From assembly GCA_001769535.1 (NCBI GenBank), contig MEOH01000009.1, positions 9,961 to 73,960 of the forward strand: DNA of 64,000 bases, read 5' to 3'. The position numbers and the translations under genes are program-made. The notes under the pieces are model-generated. The model saw nothing but the letters and a program-made list of their open reading frames with translations, ran no database searches and was not told the origin of the DNA. Of the stretch, positions 10,501 to 18,711 are shown one piece after another. The stretch's first letter is position 1, and each line of letters begins with the position of its first letter. This DNA is from Bacteroidetes bacterium GWF2_38_335 (GTDB lineage: Bacteria; Bacteroidota; Bacteroidia; Bacteroidales; GWF2-38-335).

Positions 10501-12132
10501 GTAAGCGCCAAGGGCATACACATTTTTCATCATCAGCTTCCATGTCGGGAATTTAGGAGTAAATGAAGTTCCGCGAAGTAATTTTACGATCAAAACCTTT
10601 GGTGCTCCGATGTCGCCGTTGGAGAATTCACCAACGCGGAATGTGCCTCCGCGGGTTGTATATTCATAAGCAACGGCAAGGACTTCGTCGGCATTGAGTG
10701 CCGAGTTCAGCGAAACATAGCCAAGTTCGCGGTTAAGGGTATATTCTGTTTCTTTTAGCTTGCGGGCATTTTCAATTTTTTCATAATCCCGTCCAACGGT
10801 AAAGCCAGTGGAATCTGATGCCAGTGGTCCGAGTGTGCTGGATATACTGCTTATTTCCCTGATGGCTGCGTAGGTGGTTGTCATCAGGTTATACAGGTTA
10901 TTCTGATCATTATAAGGAATAAAGTCTATTCCTGCTGCGGGAAAAACAAAATCGGAAGCATAAATATTAGATTCGCCGGTATTCACGCTGAATTCTTCGC
11001 CAAGGTCCATGAGGGCAAGGATGTTTCTTGATTCCTCATAATTTCCGGTTTTGTTGGTTACCCATACCTCAACCCTTTTAATTTTAAAATCGGAGCTCAC
11101 TTTAGGCAGGCTTGAAAGATTGTCATCGTATCGTTCCCTGAAATATTGTGAAAGGAAGAAGTGTTTATTTCCTTCGTATTCATCGGCATACACTTCGAAT
11201 TCGCTTGTTTGGGCACCGCCCTCAACCTCGATAACCTGAGTTTTTCCTTTTTGTTGTGAAAAAACTGTGGTGGCGGTAAGTTTACCGAATTTAAGTTCGG
11301 TTTTGATACCAAAAAGACTCTGGCTACCGGTGATCAGAGAACCTGAAAGAGGCAGATTGACATCTCCAGCTTCGATCAGCTGGATAATTTCGTCTTCTTT
11401 TCCCTCATACTTTAGGTTCATTTTGTTTTCAAAGTCGAAGGTTGCTTCGGTATTATAGTTTGTGCTGAGTTTCAGTTTGTCGCCGATGGAGCCGGTAACG
11501 TTCATCTGGATTTTCTCCTGGAAGTCAAAGGTGGTAGTTCTTTGCAGGCGAATGGGCAGCACCGGGTTTTCAATTTTGTTAATCTGCAGTCCGAAAATCA
11601 GTTCGGCAGATCCCTGGGGACGGATATCAATGGTATTGGATCCGAAAATATCGGCGAATGCATCACCGGGAACCTGGAGCTTGGGAATCAGTCCGCCCGA
11701 CATGCCAAAATTCTCCGATCTGAATCTTTGTCTGAAATAGTCGTTGATAGACCTGTCGAAGTCATATTTTCTGTATTCTTCGGACGACATGACAACCGGA
11801 ACAGAGTTATCGCGTTCACCAATTTTTTCGGTAAATATATATTCGCCGGTTTCAGGATCATATTCGACGTCATTTTCCAGGATGGCCGGATCATTGAGGT
11901 ACATGACAGAGGTTTTTCCTGAATTGCTGAAAGGATAACCGCCGGTATTTTCAATGGGAAAAGGCAGGTCAACGGGATCGCCCGAAACCGGAGTTGTGTC
12001 CCTTCCGGGTATAGAATCGGGTGGGACAGCAGTATAAGTGTGATAATCTGCTCCGGCAGTAGAAGGTAAAATAGCCGTTGCCATGATGACGATCATCACA
12101 CCGGAAATAAAATATTTAAAAAAATTCCTCAA
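4594..12132 (-). CDS. sprA: T9SS outer-membrane translocon SprA (Sov)
   Basis: A single 2512-aa ORF with an N-terminal signal/TM segment. It contains the conserved SprA block IEAGDVNLPLSGSLITGSQSLFGIKTELKFGKLTATTVFSQQKG. Its size and the ruvA-sprA-gcvH neighbourhood fit Bacteroidota SprA. All short track ORFs inside it are treated as antisense or off-frame noise. Confidence 0.9.
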   Translation of the reverse strand: MRNFFKYFISGVMIVIMATAILPSTAGADYHTYTAVPPDSIPGRDTTPVSGDPVDLPFPIENTGGYPFSNSGKTSVMYLNDPAILENDVEYDPETGEYIFTEKIGERDNSVPVVMSSEEYRKYDFDRSINDYFRQRFRSENFGMSGGLIPKLQVPGDAFADIFGSNTIDIRPQGSAELIFGLQINKIENPVLPIRLQRTTTFDFQEKIQMNVTGSIGDKLKLSTNYNTEATFDFENKMNLKYEGKEDEIIQLIEAGDVNLPLSGSLITGSQSLFGIKTELKFGKLTATTVFSQQKGKTQVIEVEGGAQTSEFEVYADEYEGNKHFFLSQYFRERYDDNLSSLPKVSSDFKIKRVEVWVTNKTGNYEESRNILALMDLGEEFSVNTGESNIYASDFVFPAAGIDFIPYNDQNNLYNLMTTTYAAIREISSISSTLGPLASDSTGFTVGRDYEKIENARKLKETEYTLNRELGYVSLNSALNADEVLAVAYEYTTRGGTFRVGEFSNGDIGAPKVLIVKLLRGTSFTPKFPTWKLMMKNVYALGAYQISPQDFQLNVMYQNDKTGREINYLPEGGIANEILIKVLNLDRVNSNMDPSPDGVYDFMEGITINSSNGRIYFPMLEPFGGYLREKITNGNPADEELSAVADFYVFQELYDSTQSAARQIAVKNKFVLRGRYQSSSSSEIALNAYNIPQGSVKVTAGGIEMTENIDYTVDYNLGRVKILNQGYLESGVPIKISLESNTMFNIQSKTLMGTHLNYKFSDNFNVGATILNLTERPLTQKTNIGDEPISNTIWGINTDYRTESPFLTKMVDKLPFIETKAKSNITVSAEFAHLIPGHPKIKGIDKNGVSYIDDFEGSKTSIDIKSFAAWHIASVPTGNFEEGLFNDSVWYGYNRAKLAWYVIDPILNRKGSNRPSHLTDDQLSNHLTREVYENEIFPKKENEHGIPTNIAVLNLAFYPDQKGPYNFDAAPTTVSAGINASGKLLSPGSRWGGIMRDIQTNDFEAANIEFIEFWVMDPFVYDSTHNGGELYFNLGNISEDILKDSRKAFENGLPTTATPDSGMVTATSWGNVPTQQSLVQAFDNNPEARQFQDVGLDGLGTEEEKLRFNYYLETIKALYGETSAAYIEALSDPGNDNYHYFRGTDFDDAETGILDRYKKYNGLEGNSPTSEQSPESYPTSATTIPDIEDINRDNTLSEAESYFQYKIDLRPETMDVGQNYIYDKIEASVKLENGETEKVNWYQFKIPIESWEKVVGTISDFKSIRFVRMFMTGFDEEIVLRFASIDLVRGEWRKYNFAMREPGLYPAPTEGEGTEFDISAVNIEENGNRSPINYQLPPGVTRVIDPTNPQLRQLNEQSIVLRVCNLEDGDARAAYKNVDMDVRQYRQLELEIHAEEYSDYDLEDGELRAFIRIGSDYQNNFYEYEVPLSVTPPGFYEDNDVDREILWPDENRIDFEFDLLQEVKQKRNDLMRLGQIELTEIYEMFEGNARIRIRGNPNLSNIKTIMIGVRNPNSQTNSVDDDGYPICGEVWMNELRLSDFDEGGGWAAIGRVNARLADFGSVNVAGQTSKPGFGSIEKKVQERTQVETYQYDVASSLELGKFFPEKTGIKVPMHVGFSQGVVNPKYNPLDPDIPLRVALEDPNITKGARDTIKYNAQDFTQRKSLNFTNVKVNKMKGKPKVYDIANWSANYSFSEVFMRNPNTEKNLTKNYRGGIAYLYNTTPKNVMPFQQSKLLKAKSLKLIKEFNFYYVPQQMSFRTDIDRMYNEVQLRNITNPDVEMIIDPTYNKNFTWSRLYDLKYNLTKSLKFDFSATNYARIDEPDGRVDKENYRSEYDSWKDSVMTSLRDFGRTTQYHQELNATYSLPINKIPLFNWISASTGYNTTYDWRTSPIMPDSLDFDPGNTIENTRNLSANLQFNMLNLYNKIGYLEKVNKKYRKKGATNKKEKKFEDVQWPEKGAEKAYVRLTANVPRSVNHKLGTEDVDVKMYDTLGVEIKGISKVINENRATFTADKDYAVAEVRVTGKREVKESIIILVVDNTLRVLMGIKNINVNYNSTDGTYLPGYKPSTLFLGNSNYNGSLAPGIPFVFGAQDKNFGENAGDIYGWLSRDTTIEDQYLMTHNENWRFKVTVEPINDMRIDIDASRVKSKRTTQNIYYYPTDDDYKVVNSEEGGNYTISIITWGTAFEKLSDEDNYRSEAFENFKNYRYSIARQLSQDRLDAMGTGTFTGYDPFGNVDSLTGFPDGYSRTSQDVLIPAFLAAYTKSNPDNNLSKNPNMPAIPKPNWRINYDGLSKVKFVKKYLKTLTLSHAYASSYNVSSYITNLNYKEDEYGDGLNWVRESLSENSDFISKEEIARVAISERFSPLFMVDMTWNNSLITKIEVKKTRNLSLSFSNNQLMDVRDDEFVIGTGYTVPKLELKLNGKTVTSDLVLRLDFSLRKNLTVIRKLEENVDQATNGASILAINFKAEYVLNQRFNVSIFYDRTVNKPKIALSFPQANTKFGVSVRFTLAS

Positions 12133-12136
12133 ACAG

Positions 12137-12718
12137 TTAAAGTTTTTTTAAAGCTTTCTTCACTAACTCCTCAACGGACAAATTATTGTCTTCAGCGATA
12201 ATTTTTTCAAGAACTTTTTCCACAGCATTTTTCTGAAATCCAAGCATGGTAAGGGCGGAGAGAGCTTCCTTGCGATTTTCACTTTGCGGATATAAATCGA
12301 GGTCTGCTTCATCAGCCAGTCCGCCCACCTTGTCGCGCAAGTCAATTATAATTCTTTGTGCCGATTTTGCCCCAATGCCTTTAACCGCCTGAAGGGCAGC
12401 AACGTTACCAGACATAATGGCTTTTTGAATTTGATCGGGGGTCATGGAGGAAAGAATCATTCTTGCTGTTGCAGCGCCAACGCCGCTAACTGAAATCAGT
12501 GATCTGAATATTTCTCTTTCCTTTTTCGAGATAAAACCGTAAAAAAGGTGTGCATCTTCACGAATAACCTGGTGAATAAATATTTTTATTGTTTCATTGG
12601 TTTTAAATGAAGCATAGGTATTCACGGAAATATTGATAAAATAACCTATTCCGTTATTTTCAAGCACGATGTACGTTGGTGTGGCTTCGGTTATTTTTCC
12701 CTGTATATATTCAAACAT
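12137..12718 (-). CDS. ruvA: Holliday junction DNA helicase subunit RuvA
   Basis: 193 aa starting MFEYIQGKI, with two helix-hairpin-helix motifs (SVSGVGAATARMIL and AVKGIGAKSAQRII). Its stop lies 4 nt before the sprA start. Confidence 0.9.
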   Translation of the reverse strand: MFEYIQGKITEATPTYIVLENNGIGYFINISVNTYASFKTNETIKIFIHQVIREDAHLFYGFISKKEREIFRSLISVSGVGAATARMILSSMTPDQIQKAIMSGNVAALQAVKGIGAKSAQRIIIDLRDKVGGLADEADLDLYPQSENRKEALSALTMLGFQKNAVEKVLEKIIAEDNNLSVEELVKKALKKL

Positions 12719-12748
12719 TGAATTAACTTGTTTTCAATTACGAAAGGG

Positions 12749-12756
12749 CAAAAATA
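12749..12756 (-). promoter_or_regulatory. Candidate -7 box (TAnnTTTG) for the ruvA-sprA transcription unit
   Basis: The plus strand reads CAAAAATA, which is TATTTTTG on the minus strand, 31 nt upstream of ATG 12718. Confidence 0.3.
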
Positions 12757-13216
12757 CACAAAAAATGGGGAATGTAAAATATGTGCTTAAATATTCTGTT
12801 TTTTTATTAATTTTAGTTTTCTCGCATTAAGTGCATTTAGCATTTATACTAAAGGTTGATAGTCGTCCGATATTGAATGAGGCAGGGTATAGTAATCGCA
12901 TTATCAAACAATCGCATTTTTCCTTCAAATTAAAATCTGTTTTCATTTCCACCGCAAAAACAGCTATTCTTCTGATTTGTTCCCGGGCGGTGGTTTTATG
13001 GGGTTTATTCTAAACCCTATTGATATTTTGGTGCTCGGCACCAACCCCAAAAAATTAATTTTGGAATTAATCAGCAAAATGTATCAGTTACACGTTACTT
13101 TTTGGTCGCTTTAAGTTTATCGTTCGTGAAATGCTAAAAAATACATAATTGACATGCAGTCAGGTGATTTTTTTATCTTATATTAGCCATAAATAGTGTG
13201 TTAATGTAATTTTTTT

Positions 13217-13224
13217 TACTTTTG
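13217..13224 (+). promoter_or_regulatory. Candidate -7 box (TAnnTTTG) for the 538-aa orphan gene
   Basis: TACTTTTG lies 22 nt upstream of ATG 13247. Confidence 0.3.
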
Positions 13225-13246
13225 GTTACCAAAATCATGTCATTAT

Positions 13247-14863
13247 ATGAAAATTTTCACCATAATTCCTTTTTTGTTTTCAGCATTATTGGCTTATCCG
13301 CAAATTTTAATAATTGAAGGAAAAGAAAGCCCTGTGGTTTGCGATTCGGTAATATTGGGTGATTATCAAATACTATATAAAACTAAAGGGTTAGACGAGG
13401 AAACATTTTATGGTGTTGAAAGAGCTAAAGTGAAAAACATCATTCCAAAATCAAAAATCCTTTTAAACAATTCAGAACAAATAACTTCTGAAATCAGCAC
13501 AAATCCAATTATTGACCTGGCAAATATATCGTACATAGATTATGCCTATAACTCCAAAAATAATTTATTTTCAATATTTATAGTAAACTATAAAAATATT
13601 CATGTGTTTTGTCTTGATTCAAATATGCTTGTTGATGATAGAATGTCTGGTTTCATTGATAAATTGGATATTAATTGTTTTTCAATTGGGGGATTGATAG
13701 AGAAGGACTTTATATATTTATTTTTTTTAGATCGTGTAAAAGCCGGGCCACTGTATGACTTATATTGTTGTGTAATAAATAAAAAAACAAAAGAATTCAA
13801 ATATTCAAAAGTTTTTGACTTTGATGATGAAAAAATTGTTTCAGTTTATGAAACAGGAGAGAGTATAAATATTTTAACAATTGAGCAGGAAAAATCTGAT
13901 TCACTGCATTTATACAAATGGTTTAATGACACTGCCAAACAATTAATTTCTTATAAGCCCGACAAAATACCATGGCTTTTAAAAGATTTTAAGAACTATT
14001 CATGCGACACTAAATTTCCGGGCTTTAGTGTTTACTATGGTGATTATGCTTATAGTCTTGCTAATAATAAAAATAAAAATAAAATATACCTTTTCGAAGA
14101 CAGTCTTATGATAACATGCGAAAGCCTTGACTGTACCGAAATTCTAACTCTTGGTTTAAACGATACTTTATCCGGATTTAAAAATGTAATAAGAGGAAGC
14201 CTGCCCAAACCTGAATTTTCAAACACAATTTACAATTCCTGTGTTTATGACAAAAAATTATTTCAGGTAGAAAGCAATGAAACAAATTTAAAATTCCAGA
14301 TTTATAATTTCGAAACAAATTCAATAGTGTATAGCTTTATTAGCAAAAACGAAGAAAAATATTTTATCCAGAACTCAGCTTTTATATCTGAAAAGAACGA
14401 TAAAAAAGGCATTAAAAAAACCGACCTGATTAATTCTCAGATATTTTTGAAAAAGCTAAGTAGTTTAGAGCTTTCAGTAAATAGAATAAATGATAATTAT
14501 GAAATAATTATTGGATCGTTCAAGCCCATAATCATGGCGAAACCACAAGTAGGGATTTATGTTAGTACAGGAAATTTACTTTTAGATTTGGGATTGAATG
14601 TTATTGCAAATAATTTGCCTGGATCATCGTATAGTTCCTGCATTTCAGGATCCAATTGTGTATATTTTAAAACAGTTTTTGATCATACTGCAACAAATCA
14701 TATTGAGAAAGATTTTTCTTCTGAAGAACTTAATTTGGCAAGTAAAAAACAGGTGTTCAATAATTATGTTTTCGGAAAAGAGTTTTTAAACTGTGGCTTT
14801 TATGGAGAATATTATTTTGATACTAATATTATCCATATGACAAAATCAATTTATAAGAAATAA
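13247..14863 (+). CDS. Hypothetical secreted protein (AT-rich orphan)
   Basis: 538 aa with a signal-like N-terminus (MKIFTIIPFLFSALLAYPQ). I recognise no motif. The coding region is visibly AT-richer than the flanking ruvA and malic-enzyme genes. Confidence 0.6.
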   Translation: MKIFTIIPFLFSALLAYPQILIIEGKESPVVCDSVILGDYQILYKTKGLDEETFYGVERAKVKNIIPKSKILLNNSEQITSEISTNPIIDLANISYIDYAYNSKNNLFSIFIVNYKNIHVFCLDSNMLVDDRMSGFIDKLDINCFSIGGLIEKDFIYLFFLDRVKAGPLYDLYCCVINKKTKEFKYSKVFDFDDEKIVSVYETGESINILTIEQEKSDSLHLYKWFNDTAKQLISYKPDKIPWLLKDFKNYSCDTKFPGFSVYYGDYAYSLANNKNKNKIYLFEDSLMITCESLDCTEILTLGLNDTLSGFKNVIRGSLPKPEFSNTIYNSCVYDKKLFQVESNETNLKFQIYNFETNSIVYSFISKNEEKYFIQNSAFISEKNDKKGIKKTDLINSQIFLKKLSSLELSVNRINDNYEIIIGSFKPIIMAKPQVGIYVSTGNLLLDLGLNVIANNLPGSSYSSCISGSNCVYFKTVFDHTATNHIEKDFSSEELNLASKKQVFNNYVFGKEFLNCGFYGEYYFDTNIIHMTKSIYKK

Positions 14864-14867
14864 AAAA

Positions 14868-14895
14868 GGCACCCGAAAGTGCCTTTTCTTTTTTA
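14868..14895. terminator. Bidirectional hairpin terminator between the convergent orphan gene and malic enzyme gene
   Basis: The sequence is aaaaaaGGCACccgaaaGTGCCttttctttttt, with A-rich and T-rich flanks. Confidence 0.65.
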
Positions 14896-16350
14896 TTTTT
14901 TTACTTCATGGATAGCAAACTGAATTGCTTCTTCGAGTAATCCTGCCGGCGGTTCTTTTATGAAGCCCTGTTCGGTAACCATTTTGGTCATGCTGCGGGC
15001 ATGCTCGATGTCGCGCTTGGCAATATCATAAGCTTCCTGCCAGGTCATTTTTACTCTAGCCACACCGTCTTTTATTGCCTGCATGGCAACATCGGCTGCT
15101 TCAACAGGGAATACATCTGCCTCGTCCATGGTTGGCACGATATTTTCGGCATTGATTCCGCGTTTTTCGGCATAATTGGCAAGTGAGTGAGCTGCAGCAA
15201 TTGCCATGTTATCGGTAATTTTACTGGCTCTGACAAGCAAAGCACCTTTAAGAATTCCCGGGAAACCAATAGAATTGTTAACCTGATTTGGGAAATCGCC
15301 ACGGCCTGTTGCTACAATATATGCGCCTGCTTCTTTAGCAGCATAGGGATAAATTTCGGGCACAGGGTTGGCGCAGGCGAAGACGATGGATTTGTTGGCC
15401 ATCAGTGAAACCCAGGCGGGTTTAACCTCGTCGGGACCCGGTTTTGAAAGGGCGATGAGCACATCGGCGTCTTTCATTGCGTCTTCAATTTTTTCGATTT
15501 TGTTGGGGTTTGTTTGTTCACAAAGTTCCCATTTTCTGTAATAGCGGGTGTCCTTTTGAATATCTGTTCTTCCGCTGTGGAGGGTTCCTTTGGAGTCAAA
15601 AATGATTATTTTTTTAGGATCTCCGCCATCGGTGATAATAAGACGGGCAATTGTTGTGTTCGATGCTCCAGCACCTATTAATACAATTTTTGCTTCGCCG
15701 ATTTTTTTACCTGCAATTTTCAGCGCGTTGATCAGTCCGGCCAAAGTAACACAAGCCGTTCCCTGAGCATCGTCATGCCACACAGGAATTTCACATTCTT
15801 CCCTTAAAACGTCCAAAACTCTGAAACAGTTTGGTTGGGAGATATCTTCGAGGTTGATTGCGCCAAAACTGTGCTGGCACATTTTTACGAATTCAATAAT
15901 TTTTTCGGGATCGTTTTTTCCGTCTTTGCCTCTGCTGTCAACACAAAGGGCAACACCGTCAACGCCACCCAAATATTTCATCAGGAAAGCTTTTCCTTCC
16001 ATAACACCGAGTCCGCCGGGAGGAGTGCAGTCGCCATCACCCAGAACCCTTGTTGAATCACTTACCACGGCTACCAGATTACCTCTGTTAGATAACTCAA
16101 GCGAGGCATTGTTGTTGTCGCGGATTGTTGTTGAAACTTTTGAAACACCGGGGGTGTACCACACATTGAACCAGTTGAATCCGTAAACCGGAGCTTTCGG
16201 AACGGTTTCAATTTTGCCACCATAAAATTTATGGGCAGTTTCGGCTAATTTTTTTAAAAAGACAGTCTGTGCTTTAGCAATTTGTTCCTGAGTAAAGTCG
16301 TCGGGAAATGCTTTCCTGAGGTTTGACAGGTCAAGTTTTAGTTTTTCCAT
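14893..16350 (-). CDS. NAD(P)-dependent malic enzyme (short form, no PTA-like domain)
   Basis: 485 aa. It carries the malic-enzyme block GLGVMEGKAFLMKYLGGVD and the Rossmann motif VLIGAGASNTTIARL. Confidence 0.85.
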   Translation of the reverse strand: MEKLKLDLSNLRKAFPDDFTQEQIAKAQTVFLKKLAETAHKFYGGKIETVPKAPVYGFNWFNVWYTPGVSKVSTTIRDNNNASLELSNRGNLVAVVSDSTRVLGDGDCTPPGGLGVMEGKAFLMKYLGGVDGVALCVDSRGKDGKNDPEKIIEFVKMCQHSFGAINLEDISQPNCFRVLDVLREECEIPVWHDDAQGTACVTLAGLINALKIAGKKIGEAKIVLIGAGASNTTIARLIITDGGDPKKIIIFDSKGTLHSGRTDIQKDTRYYRKWELCEQTNPNKIEKIEDAMKDADVLIALSKPGPDEVKPAWVSLMANKSIVFACANPVPEIYPYAAKEAGAYIVATGRGDFPNQVNNSIGFPGILKGALLVRASKITDNMAIAAAHSLANYAEKRGINAENIVPTMDEADVFPVEAADVAMQAIKDGVARVKMTWQEAYDIAKRDIEHARSMTKMVTEQGFIKEPPAGLLEEAIQFAIHEVKK

Positions 16351-16498
16351 TTAGTTCAGTAATTTATTGGGTTGAAAATAGGAAGGTAAATATACCATCT
16401 TTTTGACCAGATTGTCAATTTAAAGACACGGGAAGGGATTGTTTCTCAGCAGCAAACAGGTATGTTTTACAGCAGAGAAGTGACAATATGAAACTCTG

Positions 16499-17548
16499 TT
16501 AAATATTTGAAGTATCGTGTTTCGGGAGCGGATTTTTATTTAATTCGGCATGATTTTTACGATTGGTAAAAATATCCATGGCAAGGTACATGGCATTGCG
16601 AAATGACTCTTCACCCGCTTCGTTTTTTCCGGCCAGTTCATAGGCTGTGCCGTGTGCCGGAGAAGTTCTGACAACCGGCAATCCGGCTGTAAAATTCACC
16701 CCGCGGTCAAAAACAAGTGCTTTAAAGGGAGCCAGTCCCTGATCGTGGTACATGGCAAGGATTCCGTCAAATTTTGCAAAATTGCTTGAGCCAAAGAAGC
16801 CATCTGCTGCAAACGGGCCAAAGGCAAGAATATCTTTTGATTTAGCTTTCTCAATGGCAGGAATGATAACATCAATTTCTTCGTTCCCAATAACGCCCTC
16901 ATCTCCCGAATGCGGATTTAATCCAAGCACTGCAATGCGTGGTTTTCTGATGGCGAAATCGTTTTTCAGGGATTTATTAAAAATCTCCAGTTTGGTAAGA
17001 ATTTTTTCAACAGTGATTTCGGATGAAATTTTTGAAACAGGAATATGGCCGGTAACTATACCCACTTTAAGCGAATCGCAAACCATAAGCATAAGGTGTT
17101 CCTTTACTCCGAATTCACTGGCAAGATACTCGGAATGTCCGGGAAACTGAAAATCCGGGAGTTGTATGTTTTTCTTGTTTATTGGGGCTGTTACCAGCAC
17201 ATCGATTTTTCCATCTTTCAGATCTTTGGTGGCAGCTTTGAGAGCCAGAAAAGAGGATTCGCCGGCATAATCAGTTGCTTTTCCAAGTTCAACACGGGTA
17301 TTCTCATCAATACAATTGATAATATTGGCGCGTTTTGAATTGGCTTCTTCAGCTTTATTGATGTTATTAAAACTGAAATTATTTATATTCAGTGCTTTTC
17401 TGTGGTAAGCCGCTACTTTTGATGATCCGTAAACTATGGGAGTGCATGCTTCAACCAGTCGGGTATCCATCAGTGCTTTAATAATCACTTCATATCCTAC
17501 ACCGTTTATGTCGCCGTGACTGATTCCTACTTTTATTTTGCTGTCCAT
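16499..17548 (-). CDS. pdxA: 4-hydroxythreonine-4-phosphate dehydrogenase
   Basis: 349 aa. PdxA blocks present are ISHGDINGVGYEV, GHSEYLA and RTSPAHGTAYELAGKN. Confidence 0.85.
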   Translation of the reverse strand: MDSKIKVGISHGDINGVGYEVIIKALMDTRLVEACTPIVYGSSKVAAYHRKALNINNFSFNNINKAEEANSKRANIINCIDENTRVELGKATDYAGESSFLALKAATKDLKDGKIDVLVTAPINKKNIQLPDFQFPGHSEYLASEFGVKEHLMLMVCDSLKVGIVTGHIPVSKISSEITVEKILTKLEIFNKSLKNDFAIRKPRIAVLGLNPHSGDEGVIGNEEIDVIIPAIEKAKSKDILAFGPFAADGFFGSSNFAKFDGILAMYHDQGLAPFKALVFDRGVNFTAGLPVVRTSPAHGTAYELAGKNEAGEESFRNAMYLAMDIFTNRKNHAELNKNPLPKHDTSNI

Positions 17549-17650
17549 CTGATATTAATTTTTGAAACATGCAAAGTTAAAAAAGTTATTTTAGTTTTAG
17601 TTGGGAATCCGGAATGTTTTTAAGAAAATGACGGCTTGTTTCCAGTAATG

Positions 17651-18664
17651 CTATTCCACAATTTTCATTGAATATACAATGGCTTCAATCTGCCTCAGAT
17701 ATTCGCGTTTGTCAAATTGCGGCGCATAAACATGTGCCTCGACAGTCACCACCCTGTTTCTTTTCTCATCAACCCTGCTGAGGCTCATGAACGGACCGCC
17801 CATGAAGTCGTTGACAAGCATCCACCGGCCGCGCAATTCGGCGGTATATTTTCCATCCATATTAAACTCTTTCAGATAACATGGTTCGCGCTTTTCAGTG
17901 GACATATAGCTTCCGTCGCGCGGACCAAGGAGGTATTTCTGGAGAATTTCATCGCGCATTTTTATCAGGCTGTCGAGCTTGAAGGCATCCGGACCTGCAT
18001 AATCGTAATAATATACAAGAATAACCTGGCGGATGTCGTGGGGATCGGTACGGGTTATCCAGGCAAAATTTGTTGTGTCGTGGTAATAATTAAATCCACC
18101 GGGAATTACCAATGATATATTGTGTTTTTTCCGGAGTCTTTTATCAATACTATTGTCCTGTAAACTTTTATAGGAATCAATGATTCTTTTTCTTTCAGTG
18201 GAGTTGATTATATCCACAATTTTTTGTCCGCTTTCCTTTAAAAGCGCCACCATTTTTTCCTGATTGGGAGCTGATACGGTAATAACCAATTGTTTTTTTG
18301 CCCAAACATCATTTTTAATGACTATTTCGGTCTTTTTAACTTCAGATCCCACATTGACAAGTATCAGGTTTCGCTGCTGCTTGATCACATCGGTAACGGC
18401 CCCGGGAGGAAGCACTGAGATATCAAATAAGGGTTCGGGTTGTGGAAGGCCAACCTGCGGTGATTTCAGTATTTTCTGGAATTCGGTACCAATCGGACCA
18501 CTATATAAAGCACTGTTGATGACCAGAACCACTTCGCCCGGTCTTCCCTGCATCATTGGCAGCCAACTATCACCGGTATCGGCGCATGACTGGAACAGAA
18601 ATGATGCCAAAAGCAGCAAAAAGCCGGCAAAGGTATTTCTGTAATAAGTTCTGATTTTTTTCAT
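17651..18664 (-). CDS. Hypothetical lipoprotein (Bacteroidota-type; possibly DUF4837, unverified)
   Basis: 337 aa. The signal peptide ends in the lipobox-like LFQSC. No catalytic motif is recognised. Confidence 0.6.
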   Translation of the reverse strand: MKKIRTYYRNTFAGFLLLLASFLFQSCADTGDSWLPMMQGRPGEVVLVINSALYSGPIGTEFQKILKSPQVGLPQPEPLFDISVLPPGAVTDVIKQQRNLILVNVGSEVKKTEIVIKNDVWAKKQLVITVSAPNQEKMVALLKESGQKIVDIINSTERKRIIDSYKSLQDNSIDKRLRKKHNISLVIPGGFNYYHDTTNFAWITRTDPHDIRQVILVYYYDYAGPDAFKLDSLIKMRDEILQKYLLGPRDGSYMSTEKREPCYLKEFNMDGKYTAELRGRWMLVNDFMGGPFMSLSRVDEKRNRVVTVEAHVYAPQFDKREYLRQIEAIVYSMKIVE

Positions 18665-18711
18665 GGTAATAATATTAAGGTTGAAAAAAACACTGCAAAA
18701 TTAGTTCCAAA

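Noticed and set aside
4886-11972. About 20 short track ORFs on both strands inside the sprA coordinates
   Set aside because: All are nested in or antisense to a single uninterrupted 2512-aa ORF with conserved SprA blocks. None has a recognisable motif.
12980-13060. Two small hairpins (gggtttattctaaaccc and ggtgctcggcacc) in the ruvA/orphan divergent region as a possible sRNA or terminator
   Set aside because: Neither hairpin is followed by a T-tract on either strand, and there is no promoter box nearby. The evidence is insufficient.
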